Assembly (NCBI GenBank): GCA_964430265.1
Contig: CAYSEI010000001.1
Coordinates: forward strand, 318,987 to 382,986
Reading direction: 5' to 3'
Origin: an uncultured Pseudomonadales bacterium
GTDB taxonomy: Bacteria; Patescibacteriota; Microgenomatia; UBA1400; CAYXSR01
Length of the DNA stretch: 64,000 bases
Part shown: positions 1 to 9,003 of the stretch, piece by piece
Position numbering within the stretch: position 1 is the first letter of the stretch
How the letters are laid out: every line of letters begins with the position of its first letter
The notes under the pieces: model-generated
What the model saw: the letters and a program-made list of their open reading frames with translations, nothing else
Told to the model about the DNA's origin: nothing
Databases searched by the model: none
Made by a program: the position numbers and the translations under genes

Positions 1-1096
1 AGTGTAATAAAATTGCTGTTAAAACTGGAATTAATAATTTTTTGTATTTCTTACTATAAAAACTTTTTTTAAGTGATGTTAAATAAAAACGAGAGTAAGA
101 GATCAAACCGGTTACACCTGTAGTTGCTAAAATAAATATTATTGAATTATCAATTCCTGCTCCCGAATGAGAATTGCGCCAATCTTGCTTTATAAAACCG
201 AACTCTTTTTTAACATAACGTAAAGCGTTAAAACCAATACCGAATAATGGTTGTTTTTCAGCAATTATTAATCCGTTCTGAATACTATTAATTCGGGACC
301 AGATAGTAGCTTGCCTGGCAAGCTTAACGCCTTCCGTGTCCGGAGGTTTTGGCAGGATAACTAAAGTAAGGATTGATAAAGTTAATAAAACAAAAATCAT
401 TTTGTAGTTTTTTTTAAGCAAGGCAAACAAAATAACTGCAGTAATATAAGCAACATAACCGCTTCTGGCATAAGTTAAAGCAAGAGCAGAATAAACAATT
501 GTAAAGAAAAAGTATAATAAATAATGGTTTTTTTCAAATAGGTTTAAAACAAGTAGAATTCCAAGAACATATATTATGGAAGTAAAGCCCGGGTCAAACC
601 AAGTACCTACTAGCCTTTTTAAATGTGGATCCCAGCCTAGTGCTTCCATGTAAGTAAAGTCTGGCCAGAAAAAATATTGGATTAAACCTAATACAGCGGA
701 AACAAAAATACTAAAAAAAAGATAATAAAGGAACTTCTTTTTTTTAATATCTCTAAAAACAAAATAAAGCAGACTGTAAAAAGATAAGCGTAGTAAGTAC
801 AAGGATGATACTAGAAGCTGAAATAATCCGTATTTATTGTAATTAACTAGTAAAGAAAAAAATGCTATGGCTAAAAAAGCAAAAAGTTGCTTTCCAAATA
901 AATCTTTTTTCAATATCTTTTTACAACCATTATTTAAAAACCAGACTACTCCAACTAGAAAAACCAGTATATCTTGCGGATAAATGACTAATTCGGGAAT
1001 AGAAGTATTAATACGGACTAGTTGTCCTAAGGGAAAAACAATAAACAAAAAATAAATCAAAAATTTTAGAATAGCTGTCAGATTATTTTTTTTCAT
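1..1096 (-). CDS. Polytopic membrane protein, Wzy/O-antigen-ligase-like (partial, C-terminus outside window)
   Basis: Minus-strand ATG at 1094-1096 overlaps the stop of the next gene in an ATGA arrangement. The ORF runs off the window start. The translation is Phe/Leu-rich with many predicted TM helices (MKKNNLTAILKFLIYFLFIVFPLGQ...). Confidence 0.5.
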   Translation of the reverse strand, partial: MKKNNLTAILKFLIYFLFIVFPLGQLVRINTSIPELVIYPQDILVFLVGVVWFLNNGCKKILKKDLFGKQLFAFLAIAFFSLLVNYNKYGLFQLLVSSLYLLRLSFYSLLYFVFRDIKKKKFLYYLFFSIFVSAVLGLIQYFFWPDFTYMEALGWDPHLKRLVGTWFDPGFTSIIYVLGILLVLNLFEKNHYLLYFFFTIVYSALALTYARSGYVAYITAVILFALLKKNYKMIFVLLTLSILTLVILPKPPDTEGVKLARQATIWSRINSIQNGLIIAEKQPLFGIGFNALRYVKKEFGFIKQDWRNSHSGAGIDNSIIFILATTGVTGLISYSRFYLTSLKKSFYSKKYKKLLIPVLTAILLH

Positions 1097-1827
1097 TTTA
1101 AATACAGTTTCGCTCTTACTAAAAATGAATGCAGACTCATAATCATGTTAAATACGAAACCTCTTATTCCGTCAAGAAATCCCAACTTAATAAAATAATT
1201 ATAGATAAATTTTCCGGTAGGGAATGCAATTATTTGTATAAGCTTGGGTTTAGTCTTTTTTTCAAGAAGTTCTTCAGACCTAATTTTTGAATAAATATTA
1301 ATTTTATTTAAAAACCCACTTATTGTAGAATGAGGATAATGAATTATTGGATTGTTTAATGTTTCTGTTTTGCCCCTGATTTTCCAGACTTCATGTACTT
1401 TATTCACCCATTTTCCTTTGTCTTTTTGAGCTAAACGCAACAATTTAATATTTTTCAATTCACCGTATTTAAGAAACATTCCTAAGAATTTGTCTTTTCT
1501 TTTAATATAGTAACCACTAACTGCATTTTCCTTATTTATACTTTCTTTGATTTCATTTTTTAATTCCTTACTTACCCTTTCATCAGCGTCAATAAATAGA
1601 ACCCAGGTATATTCTGCTTTTTTCAGGGCAAAATTTCTTTGACTGGAAAAATCTTTTAGTTGTTTTTTAATTACTTTTGCGTTTTGTTCTTTGCTAAAAG
1701 CAACTGTATTATCTTGGGAATTGTCATCAATAACCAAAATTTCGTCACACCAGGAAATGCTTTTTAAACATTGCTTTATATTGTTTTCTTCATTTTTTGT
1801 CAAAACAACAGCTGTAATTTTATTCAT
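1093..1827 (-). CDS. Family-2 glycosyltransferase (GT2)
   Basis: N-terminal AVVLTKNEE...IDDNSQD matches the GT-A DxD fold signature. 244 aa. Confidence 0.75.
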   Translation of the reverse strand: MNKITAVVLTKNEENNIKQCLKSISWCDEILVIDDNSQDNTVAFSKEQNAKVIKKQLKDFSSQRNFALKKAEYTWVLFIDADERVSKELKNEIKESINKENAVSGYYIKRKDKFLGMFLKYGELKNIKLLRLAQKDKGKWVNKVHEVWKIRGKTETLNNPIIHYPHSTISGFLNKINIYSKIRSEELLEKKTKPKLIQIIAFPTGKFIYNYFIKLGFLDGIRGFVFNMIMSLHSFLVRAKLYLK

Positions 1828-2551
1828 TGGAAAGAATCTTAATTAACAATAAGAAATAATATAATAAAGCTATTGGATAGCAAAACCATTTTACATGCTT
1901 TTTAATCAAATACCAATTTCCCCTAAGTAAATTTTTCTTTTTAAACCTATTTCGTTTTTCATTTAAATCATGTTCAATAACTGATTGTGAAACTGATTTA
2001 ATTATAAATCCGTGTTTTTTTGCCCTTAAACAAAAATCAACATCTTCGTGGTACAAAAAAAAATTAGGATCAAACAATCCAATTTTTTTAATAACCGATT
2101 TTTTTATTAGCATGCAGCATCCGGAAACATAATCAACATTAAATGTTTCATTTGGCATTTTGTTTTCTTCAATATGATAAGGCCTCCCCAAACAAAAATT
2201 AAATTTTCCGCCGCAGTCATAAACCCAATGATTATTTCTCTTAAATTTTATTATCGGAGATGTAATCCCGATTTCAGTGTGTTTTTCAACCTCATTTATT
2301 AAATTTGTAAGAAAATCATTGTTTATCTTTGTGTCAGGATTTAAAAGAAGAAAATAATCACTTTTCTTTTCAAGTCCTTTTTTAATACCCAAGTTTACAG
2401 CTCTTGAAAATCCAATATTTTTGTCGGAATTATCATGAATATAATAGTTAACCATTAAATCTTTTGGCAAATTGACTTTTTCAAAGGATTCAACTAAGGC
2501 CTCAATCTGATCCTTTTGTTGGTAGTTAACTATGATTAAGGTGAGTTTCAT
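1820..2551 (-). CDS. Family-2 glycosyltransferase (GT2); start moved to internal ATG at 2549-2551
   Basis: MKLTLIIVNYQQKD is a GT2 N-terminus. The ORF-track extension 2552-2611 overlaps a tRNA and is not coding. Confidence 0.7.
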   Translation of the reverse strand: MKLTLIIVNYQQKDQIEALVESFEKVNLPKDLMVNYYIHDNSDKNIGFSRAVNLGIKKGLEKKSDYFLLLNPDTKINNDFLTNLINEVEKHTEIGITSPIIKFKRNNHWVYDCGGKFNFCLGRPYHIEENKMPNETFNVDYVSGCCMLIKKSVIKKIGLFDPNFFLYHEDVDFCLRAKKHGFIIKSVSQSVIEHDLNEKRNRFKKKNLLRGNWYLIKKHVKWFCYPIALLYYFLLLIKILSNE

Positions 2552-2553
2552 TG

Positions 2554-2626
2554 TGGCCGCGTCTGGACTTGAACCAGAGACCTTTCGCATGTGAAGCGAG
2601 TGCTCTACCAACTGAGCTACGCGGCC
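2554..2626 (-). tRNA. tRNA, anticodon CAC (probably tRNA-Val); CCA not encoded
   Basis: Reverse complement reads GGCCGCGTAGCTCAGTTGGTAGAGCACTCGCTTCACATGCGAAAGGTCTCTGGTTCAAGTCCAGACGCGGCCAC. This gives a 7-bp acceptor stem, a 4-bp D stem, a TTCAAGT T-loop and a 5-bp T stem. The anticodon loop is TTCACAT. There is one A-C mismatch at the base of the anticodon stem. Confidence 0.7.
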
Positions 2627-2662
2627 AAGGTCAATTTAAACACAATTCTATCAAAAGATTCC

Positions 2663-2691
2663 TTGCATAACAATCTGTGGAGGCATATAAT
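2663..2691 (+). promoter_or_regulatory. Sigma70-type promoter for lepB (TTGCAT-N17-TATAAT)
   Basis: TTGCAT at 2663-2668 and TATAAT at 2686-2691 with a 17-nt spacer. The ATG is 25 nt downstream. Confidence 0.55.
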
Positions 2692-2715
2692 TAATATATT
2701 AATAAAAAGACAATC

Positions 2716-3270
2716 ATGAGTAAATTTCTAAAGTCTATCGGACTATTTTTTTTGGATTTTATTGAGGTTTTAGTGACCTCATTTGCAATTTTTGTTGTTG
2801 TTTACCTGATTTTTTTTCAACCTCATAAGGTACGTGGTGTGTCAATGATGCCAAACTTTCAGGATAATGAGCATTTATTAACTGATAAAATAACCTATAG
2901 GTTTCGGAAACCTAAGAGGGGTGAAATTGTAATTTTTCGCTCTCCTACCAATGAAGACTATGATTATATAAAAAGGATAATCGGGCTTCCCGGGGAAAAA
3001 ATAAGTTTAGAAAACAATGAGATTTACATAGATAACAAAAAATTAAATGAGCCTTACTTAGATAAAAAAACTGAAGGAGGACAATTCCTTCAAAATGGTG
3101 AAACAATTGCTATACCGGAGAATCAATATTTTATGATAGGTGACAACCGTGATAAATCAAGTGATTCCAGATCATGGGGGTTTGTTCCGAAGGAAAACAT
3201 TATAGGAAAAGCTTGGTTCAGATATTGGCCTCCGCAAAGAGTTGGCTTTGTAAAAAATGCTGAATATTAA
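2716..3270 (+). CDS. lepB: Signal peptidase I
   Basis: N-terminal TM helix. Catalytic Ser region GVSMMPNF, KRIIGLPGE and GDNRDKSSDSR boxes. Confidence 0.85.
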   Translation: MSKFLKSIGLFFLDFIEVLVTSFAIFVVVYLIFFQPHKVRGVSMMPNFQDNEHLLTDKITYRFRKPKRGEIVIFRSPTNEDYDYIKRIIGLPGEKISLENNEIYIDNKKLNEPYLDKKTEGGQFLQNGETIAIPENQYFMIGDNRDKSSDSRSWGFVPKENIIGKAWFRYWPPQRVGFVKNAEY

Positions 3271-3275
3271 ATAGG

Positions 3276-4109
3276 TTAATTAATTTTCATTACCGAATCA
3301 CAAATCTTTTGAAATTGTTCTTCAGTCTCTTGTGGCGAACCTTTAAGAATAATATATACTTTACTTCTTCTTTGAGTACGGACAAGTTTTACTTTAGTTT
3401 TTTTTCCTAAAACAGATTTTAATTTATCTTCAATTTCCTTTGTTTCTTCAAGCATTATATGAGCTGTATTTCTTTTCTCGTCTTCCTTTTGTGTTTTAGA
3501 TTTGATGTGTCTGGCAATTTCTTCAGCTCTTCTAACGGAAGCGTTTTCTTTTAGTACCTGTTTGTATGCTTGAATCATCAATTTTTTATCATGAATGCCC
3601 AATAAGGCTCTAGCATGGCCTTCGGTTATTAGTTCTGATAACAAGCCGTCTTTTAAAGCAGCGGGTAAATTTAACAAGTTCATGGTATTGCTTACATAAG
3701 AGGTACTTTTGCTTACTCGTTCAGAAATGTCTGTTCTTGACAGCCCAAACTCATTTTCCAAACGATCAAAGGCTTTTGCTCTGTCAAGAGGATTAAGATC
3801 TTCTCGCTGAACATTCTCAACCAAAGCCATTTCCAACATGCCTTTTGGAGAGGTTTCTCTAACTATAACCGGTACTTTTTCCAGCCCGGCAAGTTTAGAT
3901 GCACGCCAGCGTCTTTCACCAGCTATAATTTGGTACCCTGCGGGTGTGTGAGCAACAATCAAAGGTTCCAATATACCGTGTTCTTTAAGAGAATCGACCA
4001 GTTCCATAAGTGAATCCGGGGTTATTGCTCCACGTGGTTGAAGAGGGTTCGGCTGCAATTTATCTATTGAAAGATTGATTACTTTTTCTTCTTTATTGTT
4101 ATCAGCCAT
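3276..4109 (-). CDS. parB: ParB/Spo0J-family partition protein (no parA in window)
   Basis: GERRWRASKLAGLEKVPVIV ParB box and an HTH region. 277 aa. Confidence 0.8.
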   Translation of the reverse strand: MADNNKEEKVINLSIDKLQPNPLQPRGAITPDSLMELVDSLKEHGILEPLIVAHTPAGYQIIAGERRWRASKLAGLEKVPVIVRETSPKGMLEMALVENVQREDLNPLDRAKAFDRLENEFGLSRTDISERVSKSTSYVSNTMNLLNLPAALKDGLLSELITEGHARALLGIHDKKLMIQAYKQVLKENASVRRAEEIARHIKSKTQKEDEKRNTAHIMLEETKEIEDKLKSVLGKKTKVKLVRTQRRSKVYIILKGSPQETEEQFQKICDSVMKIN

Positions 4110-4113
4110 CTAA

Positions 4114-4359
4114 TTAATGGACGTAAACAACTTTTTTATTTCGGGCTTTTTTAAAAGCAACTGTTCCGTCTTTTTTTGCAAATAAAGTATGATCTCTGCC
4201 TACTCCTACTCCATCACCAGCATGGAATCGGGTTCCTCTCTGGCGGATAATAATCTGTCCTGTTTTAACCTTTTGACCACCAAAAAGTTTTATTCCTAAT
4301 CGTTTACCGGGTCTAGTTGTTTGTTGACTAACTTTTCCGGTTTGTTTAGTTTTTGCCAT
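4114..4359 (-). CDS. rpmA: 50S ribosomal protein L27
   Basis: [35 protein letters not shown] is the L27 signature. Confidence 0.9.
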   Translation of the reverse strand: MAKTKQTGKVSQQTTRPGKRLGIKLFGGQKVKTGQIIIRQRGTRFHAGDGVGVGRDHTLFAKKDGTVAFKKARNKKVVYVH

Positions 4360-4690
4360 TTTTACTTGCCTTTTTATTTATCTTTTTTATATCAGTTATT
4401 TTTATTTTACTCATTGGTTGTCTGTGTCCCATTTTTCTGCGGTATCTTGATTTGGAACGGAATTTAACAACATCAATCTTTTTATCTTTAATTTGATCTT
4501 CCAGAGTTGCATGTACAACCCAATCTTTTAGAAAAGGCTTACCAATTTCTATTTTATCATCATCTTTGACCAATAAAACTTGATCAAATAGAATCTTTTT
4601 GCCTTTTCCTTCTGTTAGCTTCTCTACCAGGAAGACATCGTCTACAGCAACTTTGTACTGTTTTCCTCCTGTTTTTATAATTGCATACAT
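4346..4690 (-). CDS. rplU: 50S ribosomal protein L21
   Basis: [25 protein letters not shown] is an L21 N-terminus. It overlaps rpmA by 14 nt. Confidence 0.9.
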   Translation of the reverse strand: MYAIIKTGGKQYKVAVDDVFLVEKLTEGKGKKILFDQVLLVKDDDKIEIGKPFLKDWVVHATLEDQIKDKKIDVVKFRSKSRYRRKMGHRQPMSKIKITDIKKINKKASKNGKN

Positions 4691-4736
4691 AATATAATTC
4701 CTTAATCAGTAACGAAATATAATTTTATACCAAATG

Positions 4737-5810
4737 TCAGCTAATTTCAATTACTCTTCTTTTTTTAACCTCTAAAGAAATATTAGCAACAATACCCAGA
4801 CAAAAAAGCATGCTTACAACTGAGCTTCCGCCAGACGACATTAAAGGCAAAGTTACCCCTGTTATTGGTAAAAGTCCTAAATTCATACCGCTGTTAATTA
4901 GAATTTGTAATATAAAAAGAACAAAAACACCAATTGTTATTAAACTGCCAAACCTTGATTTTGCTTGCATGCTTGTTTTTAAAACTTTGAACAATAAAAA
5001 GAAATAACTAAGTAATAAAAGACTAGCACCAAAAAACCCCAGTTCCTCTGCCAAAGAAGCAAAGATAAAGTCGGTATGACGTTCGGGAAGAAAGCGCAGC
5101 TGACTTTGAGTCCCCTCTCCTAGGCCTTTACCCCAAAAACCTCCTGAACCTACCGCTGTCATTGATTGAATCAAGTGATAACCTGAACCAAGCGGATCCT
5201 GTTCAGGATTAAGAAACGCAGTAATTCGGTTCTTCTGATAGTCTTGAAGTAAATTCCAAAAAACTGGCAGGCTTATAACACTGATCAAAAATATACCTAT
5301 TATCCATTTAAAAGACAGACCTTTGGCAAACAATAAAGCAATACCAAGCACTGCTAAAACCAAGGCACTGCCTAAATCAGGCTGTCTTAAAACAAGAAAA
5401 ACTGGGATAAGCAAAAGCAATAAATAAATTAAAATTTGCAAGATTTTCCTGGTTTCTTTTTTAATCAAATAAGCAGAAAAAAACAAAATCAACAATGGTT
5501 TAACAAACTCGGAAGTTTGGATTTGTAAACCACCAATTTGCAACCAACGGCTTGAACCTCTAGTCACTCTGCCAAGTAATAAAGTTAAGACCAACATTAA
5601 AATAGAAATTATGTATAAAACCAAAGAAAAACGTTGGTAAACCTGATAATTTACAAAAAAGCCGGCCAAAAAGAAAACTAATCCAATAAAAACAAAAATT
5701 AGCTGAGAATGAAAATACTCCGGGGTAATACTAAATAAAGTCAAAAGACTTAAAGCAATAATCACAAAGATGGGAATTAGTAAAGAAAAACAAATTCTTT
5801 TTAAGATCAT
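4737..5810 (-). CDS. rodA: SEDS-family peptidoglycan glycosyltransferase (RodA/FtsW family), probably RodA
   Basis: 10-TM protein with QPDLGSALV and GSGGFWGKGLGEGTQSQLRFLPERHTDFIFA SEDS motifs. A second SEDS gene sits in the dcw cluster. Confidence 0.75.
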   Translation of the reverse strand: MILKRICFSLLIPIFVIIALSLLTLFSITPEYFHSQLIFVFIGLVFFLAGFFVNYQVYQRFSLVLYIISILMLVLTLLLGRVTRGSSRWLQIGGLQIQTSEFVKPLLILFFSAYLIKKETRKILQILIYLLLLLIPVFLVLRQPDLGSALVLAVLGIALLFAKGLSFKWIIGIFLISVISLPVFWNLLQDYQKNRITAFLNPEQDPLGSGYHLIQSMTAVGSGGFWGKGLGEGTQSQLRFLPERHTDFIFASLAEELGFFGASLLLLSYFFLLFKVLKTSMQAKSRFGSLITIGVFVLFILQILINSGMNLGLLPITGVTLPLMSSGGSSVVSMLFCLGIVANISLEVKKRRVIEIS

Positions 5811-5824
5811 TTTCGCTTATTTAC

Positions 5825-8701
5825 TTAATTAATAGTCGCCAAAATCTTAACAGGTTCTCCTTTTTTCAGTTCTGATACCATAGTTTCTTGTTTTATTGTG
5901 TCTGTATATACCTCGGGCCATTCTGGCACTTGAACAACTATTTTCTCATCAAGTTTACATCCAGCTTTTTTTCGCGCCCTCTGAATTTGTCTTATAACCT
6001 CTCTTGCCTTTCCTTCGTTTTTCAATTCTGGAGTTAGTTTGGTATCCAAGATAACTTTTAATTCTTCACTTTTTTCCAATTCAATATTTTTAACGTTAAG
6101 CTCTTTTTTTATAAGATTTTTCAATTCATCGTTTAAAAACCCTCTATCCGGTAGAAACAAAGTGGCTTTTGTTAAAGGTTGTCTAACTTTCAACTGCTCT
6201 TTTTTGCGCTGTGAATGTCCTTCTTTAACTATTTTCTGTACTAAATCCATTCTGGTGATTAAATCATTATCCAGATATTCAGAATTGACTTCCGGATAAA
6301 AACTTAAGTGGACTGATTCCGGTTCATTTGCAAATTTAATATTCCTATAAATAGCTTCACTGGTAAAAGGAACAACCGGTGCAATAATTTTTATAAAGTT
6401 CTTTAAAACATAATAAAAAACAATAAAAGGCTCTTTTTCACCGGCAACAAATCTATTTCGTGATCGACGTATATACCAGGTAGACAATTGATTAATAAAA
6501 GGTTGGATTAAACGTACAGCATCAGGAATGCGGTAATTTCTTAAACTTTTTTCAAACTCTTGATGAAAATTGGTAAAATAAGCAAGCATCCAGCGGTCGA
6601 TTACGTTCAGTTCTGACAAATTCAAAGACTCAAGCGTCTTTATATCTTTAGGTTCAATATTATTTTTGTGCAAATATGTTAGGAAGTATCGGTAGGAATT
6701 CCAAAGTATTAGTAAAACTCGTCTAACTTCATCTTCCAATTCCTGACCTTTAGTCATTTGTGCTTTTTGTCCCAGCATGATCGGGCTTGATAAAAAGTAC
6801 AAACGCAAAGCATCTGCACCGTATTTTTTAATTGTTTTTTCCGGGTCCGGATAATTTCCATAAGATTTACTCATCTTACGGCCGTCAGTTCCCGTCATGA
6901 CACCCGTTACAACCACATTCTTAAAACAATGAGAATCCATTAAGGCATTTGAAATTACGTGCATCACATAAAACCATGCCCGGACCTGGCCAGTGTACTC
7001 GGTAATATAGTCAGCAGGAAAAGCATTTTCAAATTGTTCTTTGTTTTCAAAAGGATAATGTCTTTCTGCGTAAGGCATGGATCCTGATTCAATCCAGCAG
7101 TCTAGGACTTCTGGTATCCGAATCATATTACCTTGGCATTTTTCACATTCAAAAACAATTTCGTCAACACCGCTTCTGTGCAGGTCAGTCACTTTTTTAT
7201 CTGTATATTTTTCAATTTCTTCTATTGAACCCAAAACTTTTAATTCACCACATTTGTCACACTGCCAAATCGGCATTACTGTTGCCCAATAACGTGTGCG
7301 TGAAATACACCAGTCCGGCGCTTGTTCAACACCTTCCTTAAATCTACCCCGTTTAAAATGTTCAGGGACCCAGTTAATTTCTTTATTAGTTTCCAATAGC
7401 CTATCTTTTAAAGATTGGACATTAACAAACCAAGACTCCTGTGCTCTGTGTATTAAAGGAGTTTCACAACGGTAACAATAAGGATAACGGTGAGTAATAG
7501 TTTCTTTTTTAAATAATAAATTCCTTTGTTTAAGATTCTCAATTATTTGTGGATCCGCGTCTTTGACATATATGCCTGCCCAGTTTTTCACTTCAGAAAC
7601 AAAATTACCTTCTTTGTCAACTGCAAGCATAATAGTTAAATCCAAATCCCTGCCCATTTCTGTATCAATATCACCAAATCCGGGTGCGGAATGAACTATT
7701 CCGGTTCCCTCATCCATGTTTACCATATCTTCGTATTCATAAACTTTCAAATCATTTTTATTAGGAGGGAAAAAATCAAAGGGTGGCTGATATTCAAGAC
7801 CCAAAAATTCCTTACCCTGAATTTTATCCAAAACCTGATAATCAAGCCCGTCCAAAACATATTCGGCTCTTTCTTTTGCTAAAACATAACTTCCCTGTTT
7901 ATTCTCAATACTAACAACTAAATACAATTTTTCCGGAGCAATTACTAAAGCTCTATTTGAAGGCAGTGTCCAAGGTGTAGTTGTCCAAGCCAACATATAT
8001 ACAGGCTCTTCAGCAGCTAGATTTTTAGGCGGTTTTTTAAGTTTAAATTTAACAGTTATTGCAGGATCCTGCATTTCTACATAGGAGTTGTCCATAGCAA
8101 TCTCAAAATTAGAAATTGGTGTTCCGCAGCGTGTGCAATACAAAGATGTGCGAACACCTTTGTAAATCAGGTTCTTATCATAAAGTTGTTTAAAAACCCA
8201 TATTACCGATTCCATATAATCCAAATCCATTGTCCTGTAGGCATTTTCCATATCAACCCACCTGCCGATGTTATCGATATACCATTCCCATTCCCGGGAA
8301 ATATTCTCAACATAACTCCGACATTCATTAATAAACTTATCAATTCCGTATTCTTCAATATCCTGACGGTTTTTTAAGCCAAGCTTTTCTTCAACCTTGT
8401 TTTCTATAGGTAACCCATGACAGTCCCAGCCCCATACCCTACGTACACGTTTGCCTTTCATTGTGTAATATCTGGGGATCACATCTTTGGCAATGCTGCC
8501 GATTAAATGTCCGTAATGAGGATATCCTGTTACAAACGGAGGTCCGTCATAAAAAGTATAAGGTTCTTTTTCAGAGCGTTGCTCAATTGATTTTTCAAAT
8601 ACTTTATTCTTTTTCCAGAAATTCAAAACTTTCTGTTGTATATCATAAAAATCCGGTCTTGATTTTACTTTTGAGAACTGTTTTTCTTGTTTTTTAGTCA
8701 T
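5825..8701 (-). CDS. ileS: Isoleucyl-tRNA synthetase, type 2 (eukaryote-like)
   Basis: YDGPPFVTGYPHYGHLIGSIAKDVIPRYYTMKGKRVRRVWGWDCHGLPIE matches the eukaryote-type IleRS N-terminus, with HYGH in place of HIGH. KMSKS is present. 958 aa. Confidence 0.85.
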   Translation of the reverse strand: MTKKQEKQFSKVKSRPDFYDIQQKVLNFWKKNKVFEKSIEQRSEKEPYTFYDGPPFVTGYPHYGHLIGSIAKDVIPRYYTMKGKRVRRVWGWDCHGLPIENKVEEKLGLKNRQDIEEYGIDKFINECRSYVENISREWEWYIDNIGRWVDMENAYRTMDLDYMESVIWVFKQLYDKNLIYKGVRTSLYCTRCGTPISNFEIAMDNSYVEMQDPAITVKFKLKKPPKNLAAEEPVYMLAWTTTPWTLPSNRALVIAPEKLYLVVSIENKQGSYVLAKERAEYVLDGLDYQVLDKIQGKEFLGLEYQPPFDFFPPNKNDLKVYEYEDMVNMDEGTGIVHSAPGFGDIDTEMGRDLDLTIMLAVDKEGNFVSEVKNWAGIYVKDADPQIIENLKQRNLLFKKETITHRYPYCYRCETPLIHRAQESWFVNVQSLKDRLLETNKEINWVPEHFKRGRFKEGVEQAPDWCISRTRYWATVMPIWQCDKCGELKVLGSIEEIEKYTDKKVTDLHRSGVDEIVFECEKCQGNMIRIPEVLDCWIESGSMPYAERHYPFENKEQFENAFPADYITEYTGQVRAWFYVMHVISNALMDSHCFKNVVVTGVMTGTDGRKMSKSYGNYPDPEKTIKKYGADALRLYFLSSPIMLGQKAQMTKGQELEDEVRRVLLILWNSYRYFLTYLHKNNIEPKDIKTLESLNLSELNVIDRWMLAYFTNFHQEFEKSLRNYRIPDAVRLIQPFINQLSTWYIRRSRNRFVAGEKEPFIVFYYVLKNFIKIIAPVVPFTSEAIYRNIKFANEPESVHLSFYPEVNSEYLDNDLITRMDLVQKIVKEGHSQRKKEQLKVRQPLTKATLFLPDRGFLNDELKNLIKKELNVKNIELEKSEELKVILDTKLTPELKNEGKAREVIRQIQRARKKAGCKLDEKIVVQVPEWPEVYTDTIKQETMVSELKKGEPVKILATIN

Positions 8702-8805
8702 TTTAAGAAAAAATATAAATTAATAAATGAATCATTAAATCAATAATTTCTAATAATAATTAATTGATTACTAAATTATTAGTATAACTAATTAATTAAT
8801 AGTAT

Positions 8806-8960
8806 AAAAAAACCGCGATTACTGCCAAGGGCGAGTATTTCGCGGTACCACCTTGATTTATACTTAATCCCAGCTTTTACGGGCTTACCCGGAGGGTTCT
8901 ACTTTCAAAAGATTTCTTCCCTCAGCTCCTCGATGATAATCGAATCAAAGCCATTACTTC
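8806..8960 (-). promoter_or_regulatory. T-box riboswitch leader of ileS
   Basis: The minus-strand leader contains the T-box sequence AAUCAAGGUGGUACCGCG. It is followed by the hairpin ACCGCGAAATACTCGCCCTTGGCAGTAATCGCGGT and a U7 tract. The plus strand carries A7 at 8806-8812. Confidence 0.75.
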
Positions 8961-8965
8961 ATATA

Positions 8966-8994
8966 ATAATAGAATTTTGTAAGCAATTTGTCAA
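8966..8994 (-). promoter_or_regulatory. Sigma70-type promoter driving the ileS T-box leader (TTGACA-N17-TATTAT)
   Basis: Reverse complement of 8989-8994 is TTGACA and of 8966-8971 is TATTAT, with a 17-nt spacer. Confidence 0.6.
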
Positions 8995-9003
8995 CCTAAG
9001 ATA

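Noticed and set aside
2552-2611. N-terminal extension of the GT2 ORF (MVEHSLHMRKVSGSSPDAATM)
   Set aside because: These codons are the tRNA gene read in frame. The GT2 protein starts at the internal ATG (MKLTLIIVNY).
8702-8805. AT-rich palindromic segment (TAATTAATTGATTAC...TAACTAATTAATTAATAG) between the T-box terminator and the ileS ATG
   Set aside because: Extremely AT-rich, low-complexity near-palindrome. It is most simply the unstructured spacer and RBS region after the attenuator, and I could not support calling it a separate element.
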